Below are positions 44,620 to 56,365 of a stretch of DNA of 64,000 nt, piece after piece (position 1 is the first letter of the stretch; each line of letters starts with the position of its first letter). This DNA is from Eledone cirrhosa (lineage: Eukaryota), in contig OZ024742.1 in the NCBI GenBank assembly GCA_964016885.1, positions 228,160,001-228,224,000 on the forward strand, given 5' to 3'. The notes under the pieces are model-generated. The model was not told the DNA's origin. It was given only the letters and a program-made list of their open reading frames with translations, and searched no databases. The translations under genes were made by a program, and so were the position numbers.

Positions 44620-45495
44620 GATACCCTCTTTCTTCTTAGTGAAACAACTACAAGAGAAGTTCCTAGCCAACTGTCTGGTGTAATGACTAGCTTTTGTTGA
44701 TTTGGAGGAGGCCTATGACAATCTTACACAATTTGTTATATGGTAATTTTTAAGGAAAAATAGAGGTAGGTAAGTAGCTTGTGAGAGCAGTGCAAGACAT
44801 GTAAACATGTACAGTCAGCAAAGTGAAAGTAGGTAATGAGTTTAGTTGAACATTCAATGTGTTGTTCAGAGTTAATCAGGGTTCAGTCCTCAGCCTACTC
44901 TTCTTTATTTTACTTCTTCAAGTCATAACAGAATTTTAAGGCTGGATCTTGGGGGTAACTTCTCATCATCATCATCATCATCATCATCATCACCGTTTTA
45001 CGTCCGTTCTTCCATGCTAGCATGGGTTAGACGGTCTGTATGCTGAAACCTTGTTTCTTATTGCTGAATCTGTGGGAGAGCTAGTGAAAACATTCCTATT
45101 GTGGAAACAGAACTTAAAATCAAAAGGACTTAAAGTAAACATTGATGAATGTTTTTTAAGTAGGACAGAAGACAGGACTCTGGTTCTATTAGGGAAGTGG
45201 CCATATTCAGTATGTACCCAATGTAAAACATATACACTAGAGGTGTGTGTGAAGTGCAGTGTTGCATTGGAAATGAAACCTGGGCTGTAATTGCAGGAGG
45301 GATGTGGTTGGTGGAGAGAAATGAAGCAAACATACTTTGATGGATGTGTAATAAGGGCATTCTGAAATAGAAGCCAAACAAGAATCAGTTCTGTATGAGG
45401 AAGACACGATCACCTGATGGAACTTGCATTACAACGGGACAACTCATCTAACACATCCTAGCGTGGAAAAACGGACATTAAATGATGAGGATGAA
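44620..45495 (+). mobile_element. Decayed RTE LINE with a nested ~70-bp RTE tail (44964-45034)
   Basis: QLQEKFLA, FVDLEEAYD, QGSVLSLL, GKWPYSVC pieces. Confidence 0.7.
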
Positions 45496-45854
45496 AATGT
45501 ATACATAAATAGTATTATTCAAAATATTAACAAATGAAGATATTCACATAATCAAAATATATGCTTTATATATATTTCGAAGGTACTGTGTTGTTTTTTC
45601 AGTACGTCCTCGTCAGATAAAATATATGATTTGATATATGACATACCTCTACGGTCTTGATATTTCAATTCCAGTATTGGCAGTGATTTATTTCATCAAA
45701 TCTCAACATTTATATACCACAAATAATAATATGATAAACATAAGGACGAAAGCCAAAGTTAACCTCGATGGGATTTTGCACAAATGTCAGGAAAGTGAAC
45801 AGTGTATGAGTCATGATATACACACAGATACATGTATGTGTATGGAGGGGGAAT

Positions 45855-46240
45855 ATCAGGTGTAGTGTTGAAAAATTTCGGGAAGCATGGAAGTTTTGAA
45901 GGATCCAGTGTCCCGGTAGCTAACACTGATGCAGGTAGTTTGTTCCATTCTTCAGCAACTCTAAACATGAAAAAATGTTTCAGAAAGTCATGGGACCAGT
46001 GCTATTTTCTGATTTTGTAAGCATGTCTACGGGTGTTAGACACATGGAATTCAAAATGGTGCTTAGGGTTGTTGCTAGCAAGATGGTTAATAATTTTGTG
46101 GGTGTCTACCAAGTCTGTTGTCACATGTTGGAGCTTTACTGTATCTATGCCCAGGGAAGCAAGGCGTTCAGAGTATGGTTAGATGCCAGATGGAAGGTAT
46201 TCATTTGGTTACAAGTCTCTGAACAGTTTCCAGGAGGTCA
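45855..46240 (-). mobile_element. CR1/L2-like LINE 3' end
   Basis: FRVAEEWNKLPASV motif typical of the CR1-group ORF2 terminus. Confidence 0.6.
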
Positions 46241-46244
46241 ATAT

Positions 46245-46770
46245 TATATTTCACATCTGGCCTGGGTTTATTACCAGCTTAGAGAGAGGTATAAATTTCA
46301 CCTGTCTTGGGCCTATTACCATCTTTATGGACCCGTGTTTCAAATCTGGCCTGGGCCTATTACTATTTTTTTTTATGGGCTTACATTTTACATTTGGACT
46401 CCTTACTAATTTTGGAGGGAGGGCTAAATTTAATATCTGGCCTGGGATTATTGCTAGCTTTTCATGGATCTACATTTTACATCTCACCTGGGCCCTATTA
46501 CCTGCTTTGGTGGCTTAAATTTACATCTGATGGGGAAGGAAGTTTATTACTGACTTTCAAGGCCTACATTTCATATTTGGCATAAACCTATTACAATTGG
46601 TCAGGGTGCCTAGATTTCATATCATTTTTGCGGCAACTACCAACTTTGCTTGCTTAGATTTCACATCACGTCTCGGGCAATTAGCAGCTTTGTGTGCTTA
46701 CTTTTAAGGAGGCAGCTACCAGTTTTGATTGCCTACATTTCACATCTAGCCTGGGCCTGTTACCATTTTA
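46245..46770. repeat. Degenerate ~43-bp minisatellite
   Basis: Repeated atttcacatctggcctgggcctattac-like units. Confidence 0.65.
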
Positions 46771-48063
46771 ACATGAACCTACCTCAAAAATCACATAGTT
46801 ATAAACTACCTTATCTTTACACGGAGAATAAATCAGAAACCAAAACTAATCTGTGCGAACAGAAAGAGTTGTCTCCCTTGGTCCACTTCTCTTTTACATT
46901 ATACATTTTTCAATTGACATTTAAAAAATACGTTGGGCCTCCATCGGTTCTTACAAGTGTTACAATTAATCTATCAATTGAACAGCCTACGCGTGAAACC
47001 AATCTACATGTGACTGAGTATTCCACAGATACACCAAGAAGATTGGGCGTGATATAGAGTGTGACATGAATAAGCCCTTACAATCATAGGTTCAACTCAT
47101 TTTTTTAGGTGAGTGAATAAGCACACAGAACAGGAAAAAACATCGAAAACCAATATATATATATATATATATATATTTGATGTTATTCCAAATTGAAGGA
47201 TAAGTGTTTCAAACTTTATTTTATCATGAGTTAAAGGTCTATAGATTTTTCCCTGGATTTTACTAAATTCTGTGGATGAATTTATATCCTGATTCTCTTT
47301 TGAGATGAGTTTGAGTTATTTTTCCTAAATCTTTCGTCAACTACTTTTCCCATCTTGACGTTATAGTCGCATATATGTTATAGAATGCCGTTAGCTTCTT
47401 GCTAAAACAATCTCTATACCTCTCATTTATATATATATATATATATTGGTTTTCGCGTGCTGATGTTTTTTCCTGTTCTGTATGTTTTCCATTTTTTCTA
47501 GTGTTACTTTATAATTGATAATCCCTCCCTCTTACTTTCTCTTTGATTTAATTTTTTTATTCTCATATATTTTTTCATTTTTTCATTTTCATATTTTTTA
47601 TATATGTATCGACTTCAGCCTTACACTGCTTTGACTGATACACCCCCTTCCCTGTATATATAATTTGCATGTATGTGTGTGTTTATACGAGTGCTTTCAT
47701 ACTTGTATGTGTATATATTTCAATCCTTAGTCCCTGAGTCTGGATGTACATTAACACTATTATCTTGCAATTTCTTTTTCAACATATATTATATACGTAT
47801 TTGTGGTCACACACACTGATATGCTTGCCCTCATATATGTTCTTATGCACACATTTTTTCACTATACACATGCATTTGTACATACACACATATGTACATT
47901 TGTGAGTGAATATATACACATTTATACACATGCCCTAACTATATTTCCTTATTTCATTTTTATATATCTCTTGCATTACTTTTATTTATATATTTTTTTG
48001 CCCGTTAAACTTTTGCCTTTCTTGAGGAGATTTTTCAAATATTTCACTATGTTTTAAATTGCC

Positions 48064-48136
48064 TTGTCTGGCGAACGAATGAGGACGTTTCTTGTATTCG
48101 TCTTATTCGGGAAACCTCTGTTAATGAGGTAATTAT
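48064..48136 (+). ncRNA. Degenerate hammerhead-like motif
   Basis: CTGGCGA-long stem II (cgaatgaggacg/cgtcttattcg)-GAAA-cctc/gagg-TA; stem I weak. Confidence 0.45.
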
Positions 48137-48386
48137 ATTGTATTGTTTATTATCCATTAAATTTAGCTCTGGTACTTACATAGCGCGCTCTTCACTCCTA
48201 TGACTTTTTCAAATTTCAACGGAAACTTCAATACTTATATATATATATATATGTAGAGGTTATATTTTATTTGTTGGGATACAACAAGCAAAATATTTTT
48301 ATAACTGATATAAAGCACTCAACAAATTATTGGAGTAAATATACAATATATTAACAAATGGAAACTATATTTATAAAACCATATTT

Positions 48387-48450
48387 ATTTCATTATACAT
48401 ATTTCAAGGGCCACCAGAGCAAACTATGGTGCGCTTTCATCAGATAAAAT
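48387..48450 (-). ncRNA. Minimal type I hammerhead ribozyme (canonical core), minus-strand copy
   Basis: Reverse complement of 48836-48899. Confidence 0.75.
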
Positions 48451-48835
48451 ATAATATAGGTTAGTTTTATAAATGAATATTGACATATCCTTAAAAAATG
48501 CAACCATTCTGGTTGGAATCTCCTGGATAGTTATTAGATTTATTGTTGGTTTATTATGCAAATTAGTGTTGGAAAGGTTTAAAAACAGTATATTTAAATT
48601 AAGCTGTTGGAATAGGGAAAAAAGAGAAAAGAAAGTTTTTTTTCTCTTTCTTTTCTCTTTTTTCCCTATTCCAACAGCTTAATTTAAATATACTGTTTTT
48701 AAACCTTTCCAACACTAATTTGCATAATAAACCAACAATAAATCTAATAACTCCACTATCCAGGAGATTTCAACCAGAATGGTTGCATTTTTTAAGGATA
48801 TGTCAATATTCATTTATAAAACTAACCTATATTAT

Positions 48836-48899
48836 ATTTTATCTGATGAAAGCGCACCATAGTTTGCTCTGGTGGCCCTTGAAATATGTATAATGAAAT
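48836..48899 (+). ncRNA. Minimal type I hammerhead ribozyme (canonical core)
   Basis: attttat-CTGATGA-aag..cacca/tggtg..ctt-GAAA-t-atgt-a-TA-atgaaat, then AATAAA. Confidence 0.8.
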
Positions 48900-48938
48900 A
48901 AATATGGTTTTATAAATATAGTTTCCATTTGTTAATAT

Positions 48939-48981
<43 letters not shown>

Positions 48982-50324
48982 TACGACATACTAAGTGCAT
49001 TTTATCGAGGCATCAACGCTAGAGAATTTACAACTTAGACACAGCTGAAGGGGCTTCCCATCTCTTTGTTTGGTAGGTTTTCTGTGGCTGGATGCCATTC
49101 TTATCATCAACCTCTTTATGCAGAGTACTAGGTTCGTTTATAATGGAGTTCATAAAAACTAGAAAGGTGGTTTTGCCTTTGACAACTAAAAGTCCTCTCA
49201 ACCTTTTTGGTGTGATTTCTATAACCACATTGTCTTCCTAACACTAACAACCTTACAGGGTGTACTTGGTGCATTTTTCGTGGCACCGACGCTAGAGAGA
49301 TTGTTAGTCATTGACTCAGTTGAAGCGCCCTCTTTACCTTACGGATGTGGGTAGGGTGCATGCCATGGACGTGTGTGCCAAGGGTAGAGGGATTTGACAA
49401 AGTGAAAGGTGGGGAATGGGAAGGGGGACCTTCAGAAGTGTGGGAAAATACACTCGTAATAATAACTATTAACGACCATGACAGGCTTGTCAGTGTTTTA
49501 GAGGGGGATCTTGAGGTGGGGTGGGGGGGTGGGGGGGGGGCATGACCATGGATAGCATATGGGTGTTAGGATTTAGGTTGCGGTTGGAAATGATCCTTGA
49601 TAGAGTAAGAGAGAGGATGTACAGTGATGCTGAGAATATTTACTACGGCGGAGGAGTGATAAATTGTGGGGGGAGGGGCTTGAAACGGTAGGATACTGTG
49701 CTTGTGAGGGTTGCTACTAAGATGTGGATGTGGGATGCAGGGGGCATGTACTTTAGCTATAAGGAAGTGATAGAGGAAGGATCAGGTCAAGTTTTAGGCT
49801 GATATAAGGGTTTCCCCCAGCACAGCATGTAACCAATCCTCGTAGTCCTTTGCCATCTGTCCTGGAGTTCACAGGCCCTCACAACCTAATCCCGTGTCCG
49901 CCTGCATCTGCCTTTTCCACAAGTCCCATTTACTGAAGTTTCTCCGTACTTCTTTATACAGATGTCGACTTCCATACGCATCACTCTCTACATATATATA
50001 TATTTACATCAACAGAGACAATGGCAGGTTAAAATGACATCAAATCTATGATCCTCACAATCGTTTCTATACTTCAAATATCCTTTTCCTGGGCAAAAGC
50101 TATCAATTTATTAATTTCCGTGTATATCCGGTTTAGTATAGGTAGGCGGTAGTATAGGTGAGAGGCTAATAAAATAGTTGCCATCAGGGAATGCATCCAG
50201 CTGTAAATCATTGGCCCCAAAAGTCCCTTCCAATGCATATACGAGCATGAAAAAGTAAAAATTATGATAATTTTAGGAAATTGGAGCAATTCTTCTGAGG
50301 ATCTTGGTGAAATTAATGCAACCG

Positions 50325-50870
50325 GATTTAATTCCCACAATTCTGGAACCGGCTGGTTTATCCAGAAGTGATGGGAAGAGACCAGACGATCTTACCCTTT
50401 GTCCCTGGGTGAGGTCTCATCTAGTAGGTGTCTTATCTGGGACGTCACAGTCAGTGACTCTTTTGCTCCCTCCCACATCATGGACGCCGCGGTGAATGTG
50501 GGGGTCACTGCTTCCGCTGCCGAACGGAATAAATTTCGGAAATACCAGGAATTATCAAATAATAATTTTTTTCCAACATGTGGCGTTCGAGACGTTCGGT
50601 GGAGTTGGGCCGCTGACAACGAAGTTCTTGTCTTCACTGGCGGCTCACTTTACTGAGGTGTCAGGTGATGCCCGTGAGGGTGCCTGGTTATTTCAGTGCC
50701 TTAGTCTCTCCATCACCCGTGGTAATGCTGCGAGCGTGATGGCTTGCCTGAAAGTGTGCAGTTAATCCCTTTGGTGTGAGGTGCGACCGATTATCACACT
50801 TGGTGGTGAATAACCCCCTCCCCTCTTTTTTCTTTCTTTTATCATTTTTGCTCAATGAATTTATATTATT
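50325..50870 (+). mobile_element. CRE-like retrotransposon 3' fragment (RLE)
   Basis: LEPAGLSRSDGKRPDDLTLCPW, LIWDVTVSDSFAPSH, VAFETFGGVGP, WLFQCLSLSITRGNA. Confidence 0.85.
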
Positions 50871-51031
50871 GTGTTATTATACACGGTTTAGACATTATAT
50901 TTGTCCTTCTGAACGAATTGCAAGCAATTTATACTGTTATTCATGCATTTGTTATGTTATTTATGTATATATTTAAAACATATTTGCAACGTTATTCTAC
51001 TGTAAACTTATACAACTTTATGTAATTATAT

Positions 51032-53122
51032 TATAGCGAGGATACTGGGTGTATGAATGTAACAAAACGAGACAATGTTTGTGTATATAATATTTAATTA
51101 ACGGTAGATAGAATACTTGACATGTCAAAGATAGAGTGTTAGAATTAAACAAGGTTAGTAGTTACCGTTTTGATTGCCAGGCAAACGCGGCTAGCAGAGG
51201 GCGCCTGGCTAAGGCCAGGCGCCGGTTGGCCAAATTAATGGCAGAGCCAAATGAGAAGACTCTTGACCTGGTGCCGAAAAGGCAAAGAGAGAAAGGAAGC
51301 TTAAAGTTGTTAGTTTTATAGGGCTCTGACCGGAAGTTGCAGAAAGGGTTCCACTTCCCGTCTAGATCCCAATCAAAACAAGGGAGACAACCGCTACATA
51401 ACCTCCCGCCAGAATTTTAGTGTATAAAAATCGAAATGAAAATATGTAGCAAGTTGGCGAGAATGTTGTAACAGGCATGAAAATTACGACAAAAGAATGT
51501 CTGGAAAAATCAATGATAGATATCAAGGTAGCCAACCGCTCTTGGCCAGAGAACGACTGGACATCCATCTATCCATCACCCAAAGATACAATGTAATAAA
51601 GTAAAAGTAATAGAAGAGCTCAAAGTTCAAAATATAGTTCACAGGTGTGCAATCACATGACAGCAGGAAAGAAAGTGTTCCAGAGAATGAATGCAGGTGG
51701 TTTCTGTTCTGTGGTATATCGTGAAATTTCCAACCTCCGAATGGATTTTCTCACAGGAAGAGTGCTGCAAAAATGAATTCTCTGGCTTTGGTGAAGCTGT
51801 ATTGATGTATTGCTGTTGCTGCTGCTGTTGTCTCGCTGAGTGAGCGTATTCGGTGTTTAAATTCACAGTAAAAAATTTTTTTTTTAGAAAAAATGAGTTG
51901 CGCAAAGTGCTAGAAATAGTAGCCGAAGTTGATGGTCGATGTTGAGAATGCGTTGACCTGGAAGGGTCAAGAGGCCAGCGACCAGAGAAATAAGCATTCC
52001 TAATAAATGCGCGGTTATCAACTGTAAATTTACATTGTAAATTTATAAACCGGCAAATAGAAGAATATAGCTTAAGGCTGAAGAATCCTTGGGGGAGAAA
52101 TGCTATCTCTGGCGTGCGGCTGTCTGTGAGTAGAGACATCTCAGTGAATCGAGAATTTATGCTGCCTACACGTGCCAATACAAGGTTGAAAAAAATATTT
52201 CTAACGCGCGAGAAAATGATAGTGCAATTTTGAAAGTGACAATGATGAAAAAGAAAGGCTTCACTCAGCATAATTATTGGTGTGAACTCTGGAAAAAAAC
52301 AAAAAACTAGAACGATGAACAAAAGGCAATGGTTCATCGAAAATAAATGTTCCTGTTGAAATGTTTTTTAAAGAATATCAAATTTCTTTTTTTTTTTTGT
52401 GTTTTGAAAGAGTTCGTTGTAAGAAACGAGAAACATATATATATATCGTGAAATGTTTTTTTTTGTTTTGAAAGTGTTCGTTGTAAGAAACGAGAAACAT
52501 ATATATATATATATTGGTGAAAATGCGACAGTTAATTGATGCGTGAGAGAAAAAGTATGTCTGTGCGAATTCCACATGTGCGTGTGTGCGTGTCCTTGAG
52601 TATTTTCATAGTTTGTCGCTAAATTTGCTGTGTATTCGTAATGTTACTCACAAAACCAGATGTGCTATTTTTTTCTTTTTTGGGGGGGGGGGGGGGGGGG
52701 GGTGACCATTATAGCGATGAACGGCTGCGTGTTCGCATCACGTCAGGGTCACCAATATAGCGAAGATACTGGGTGTATGAATGTAACAAAACGAGACAAT
52801 GTTTGTGTATATAATATTTAATTAACGGTAGATAGAATACTTGACATGTCAAAGATAGAGTGTTAGAATTAAACAAGGTTAGTAGTTACCGTTTTGATTG
52901 CCAGGCAAACGCGGCTAGCAGAGGGCGCCTGGCTAAGGCCAGGCGCCGGTTGGCCAAATTAATGGCAGAGCCAAATGAGAAGACTCTTGACCTGGTGCCG
53001 AAAAGGCAAAGAGAGAAAGGAAGCTTAAAGTTGTTAGTTTTATAGGGCTCTGACCGGAAGTTGCAGAAAGGGTTCCACTTCCCGTCTAGATCCCAATCAA
53101 AACAAGGGAGACAACCGCTACA
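51032..53122 (-). mobile_element. Complete non-autonomous LTR retrotransposon (Ty3/Gypsy, CsRn1-like cis signals)
   Basis: 367-bp LTRs at 51032-51398 and 52756-53122 (TGTAGCG...CGCTATA on minus strand); ATAT TSD; tRNA-Trp PBS at 52723-52754; purine tract ggcgggagg before the 3' LTR; no recognisable pol. Confidence 0.9.
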
Positions 53123-53339
53123 ATATCATGAAAATAAATTATATTTACACATATTTTGTATAGCAGTGTAAACATTCCCATACTCCTGCAGAAGGTTCCA
53201 TAACAGGTCCCGAGGAATATGCCTTTTCAAGATCGACAAAACAAAAATATACAGCTTAGCAATACTCCCACGATTTCTCAAAGACCTGCTGCAGAGTGAA
53301 TATTTGGTCGGCTGTGCTTCGCCCGGGGCTAAAACCACA

Positions 53340-54645
53340 TAGTTCATCAGCTAGCTTGGACTTGAAAAGCAGGTAGAAAAGTTCAAGTATCTCGGGGCCG
53401 TGTTCATGATTGATGGAAGGCAGGAGGCTGAATTAAGGGCAAGAATCGCAGGAGCTGGTGCAGTAATGCGCCAGCTTCAGCATTCAGTAATCAGAAGAAG
53501 GGAGGTAGGCATAAAAGCCATACTCGCTATCTTCAAATCGGTATTCGTGCCAACCCAGAGTGGGATTTTCGTATAAGCTAAACAAGCTATAGTTTAGGGC
53601 CCCCACTTTCTTGGGGCCCCGAAAAAATTGAAAAAAAAAACGGTGTACATTTCCAAATAGCTTAGGGCCTCATCAAATCAAAATCCGTCCCTGTGCCAAC
53701 CCTTACCTATTGTCATGACTCTTAGGTAAGAATACAATCGCAAATACAAGCGGCCGAAATTGGGTTCCTCTGAAGTGTCTTTGGAGTAACTTTACTCGAT
53801 AAAGTGCGTAGCTCGTAGATCAGTAAGTTGTTCCAGGTACAGCTGCTACTTCACTGAATTGAGAGATCACAGCTCCGATAGTATGGGCATGTGGTTACAA
53901 TGTCTCAGAAAATAATTTTAGGGCAGATTTTACGGACCAAGCCAACCGGCAGGAAATTCAGGGCGATATCCAATTTTACCGCCCGATTTGCTGCTGATGC
54001 TGCTTACGTGCTGTAGTTGCTGCTTACTTGGTGGCTTACTGCTTGTTGCTAGCTGCTGACTTGCTGCTATTGTTGCTTAACTTGTGCTACTTACCTGCTT
54101 CACTGTATGAGGCTATTCCAACAAATTTACATTCCCTTTTTTTTAGCCATTAAAAGAAATATAGAATTATTTATTTGCAACGTTTTTGTTAGTTTCTTGG
54201 TTTTGTTTGCGATTTATTTGCCACTGGGGCATAGATTTCTTTATTTGCCACGTTTTTGTTTGTTTGTTTGTTATTTTTTGCGATTTATTTGCCACTGGGA
54301 CATTAGGCGGGGGAAGAAAAGGGAATGTAAATTTGTTGGAATAGCCTCATACAGTGAAGCAGGTAAGTAGCACAAGTTAAGCAACAATAGCAGCAAGTCA
54401 CCAAGTAAGCAGCAACTACAGCACGTAAGCAGCATCAGCAGCAATTTGGGCGGTAAAATTGGATATCGCCAAATTCAGGGGTGGACCTCCAGCAAGATGG
54501 TTGCATAACATCTATGAGCCCGGCTGGTCTCGCTTGGAGATCCAGCCGGATCAGTTTGAGACAGTTGTTTCTGACAGGACCCGTTGGGAGGAGTGTTTGA
54601 GGACTCTGCCCTCACGACACTCTCAGGAATAAGTGGGCGAAGAAG
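53340..54645 (+). mobile_element. RTE LINE 3' fragment interrupted by a MITE
   Basis: QVEKFKYLGAVF, IFKSVFVPTLTY, QAAEIGFL, YGHVVTM, GGPPARW. Confidence 0.75.
53962..54470. mobile_element. Merlin-family MITE (509 bp)
   Basis: TIR GGCGATATCCAATTTTACCGCCC at both ends; 8-bp TSD AAATTCAG (53954-53961, 54471-54478). Confidence 0.9.
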
Positions 54646-54686
54646 CAGCCTGCGAAACGCCGAGTAGCAACAGAGATTAATCTCAG

Positions 54687-56365
54687 GGCGATATCCAATT
54701 TTAGCGGCATTTAGGCCGCTTACTTGCTGCAGTTGCTGCTTACTTCAATGTATGAGGCTATTCCAACAAATTTACATTCCCCCTTTTTTTAGCCGTTAAA
54801 AGAAATATAGATTTTTTTTTTTTTTTTTTTTTTTTGGCGATTTATTAGTGTTTGAAAGTAATCGGTTCCGAGCCATAAATTCGATAATACTGAGTTTGTT
54901 TGCAGTTAAAATCGCCAGTTCCCTCATTTTCAAATCCATATTTAACGTCTGCTGTGATGAATTAACATTTTCAACAATGAAAATTGGTGCAGGTGGACGT
55001 CCAGGCATTTTCTTTATTCAGAATTTCAGTTTAAAATCAATTAGAACTATGTTATTTCACCTTTAACAATATCTGCATTGAAATGACCGGCAGGGAGTTA
55101 TGCCAATTCGTGGAAAATACTCAAAGATTATGTATATTAATATAAGTTTCACTTTATGAATTTCAGTTTAAAATCAATTATAAGATAATCACCGACAGAG
55201 GGCTAATATTTATAATTTTGGGTTATTTTCCACAATAAAGTGAAACTTATATTAATATACATAATCTATACGATATATGCCTGTTAATTATCAGCACTCT
55301 ACAATGAATCATTCACTAAATTTTGTCGATCCGGTATCAGGAACGCATACCCAACATATTGAAGGACTCTGGTCTCATGCCAAAAAAAAAAATAAGCGGC
55401 ACCAGCCGACCCATGTTTCAGTCATATTTGAATGAATTCATGTGGCGGTGGCGAAATGACAGCTTTGAGTGGAGACAGTAGATGTTTCCCAAAGATTTTA
55501 AACTGTATATCGGAACAATATATTGTTTAAAAAAATATTTTTTTCTTTTTTATTGTTGCGATATACAGTTTAAAATTTGCTTCCAAAAGTCCAAAAAGAT
55601 ATAAATCTTTAAAAAAATTATAATAATTCTTTATTATTATTTTCTTTTTCTGTAAATAATTATTTTTCTATATATCTCAAACCCTGCCAAACACCACATC
55701 TGTCCATCTGTAAATTTAAATGACTGTTCTTTCATACTTATCCTCTTCAACTACACATGGATATTTGTCTTACTGTGGAGAAGGAATTAGAAACAATTTT
55801 ATCAAAATTCACTGCTATTCGGAAACATACAAAGCGAACTTTGGGTGACATACTAACTTCTGTTGATAATATAAGGAAAGAAATCAGTGAAGGTATTTAT
55901 TACATTTTAATTGCATTTTTATTACAACCACTAATACTTACTATTATACCGAGGGGCCCTGCCCGTTCGGGAAAGGCTCTAGACACGAATTCCGGGACGG
56001 AAACCCCTTGGAAAAGAAATGTCCCAGATGCGTTTGCAACGAGGAAACTGTGGGGATATGTCGCCGGCCAACAAATGGTCCTCTTGGAGAAAAAGGCACT
56101 CAGTCCCAGCCAATTCCATGAAAGATGGGTGAAAGTAGCAATAATGGCCCGTGTACGTGGGCCATCTCTCTATATCGGCTTGTACAGGTAAGAGAAGAAG
56201 GGAGCACCCCCCTCTCTAATAAATCGCCAAAAAAAAAAAAAATCTATATTTCTTTTAACGGCTAAAAAAAGGGGGGGGGGGGGATGTAAATTTGTTGGAA
56301 TAGCCTCATACATTGAAGTCAGCAGCAAGTAAGCGGCATTTAGGCCGCTAAAATTGGATATCGCC
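54687..56365. mobile_element. Merlin DNA transposon derivative (1679 bp) carrying a captured host exon
   Basis: ~150-bp TIRs starting GGCGATATCCAATTTTAGCGGC; TSD AATCTCAG (54679-54686, 56366-56373); transposase remnant NHSLNFVDPVSGTHTQHIEGLWSHAK...FQSYLNEFMWR at ~55307-55448. Confidence 0.9.
55757..55892 (+). pseudogene. RMND5A: RMND5/GID2-like first coding exon captured within Merlin element
   Basis: MDICLTVEKELETILSKFTAIRKHTKRTLGDILTSVDNIRKEISE resembles RMND5A N-terminus (MDQCVTVERELEKVLHKF...); phase-1 donor AG|GTATTT at 55893. Confidence 0.7.

Larger units (their letters stand above)
48339..48947. repeat. ~300-bp-arm palindrome (fold-back PLE terminal repeat)
   Basis: 48339-48635 is the reverse complement of 48646-48947 with few differences; 10-nt loop; flanked by (TA)n. 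Confidence 0.9.

Noticed and set aside
51136-51321. Identical 61-aa ORF present twice (also 52860-53045)
   Set aside because: Antisense ORF within the two LTR copies
55893-56191. Rest of the 144-aa ORF after the RMND5-like peptide
   Set aside because: Similarity stops at the GT donor; the remainder is read-through into intron-like sequence
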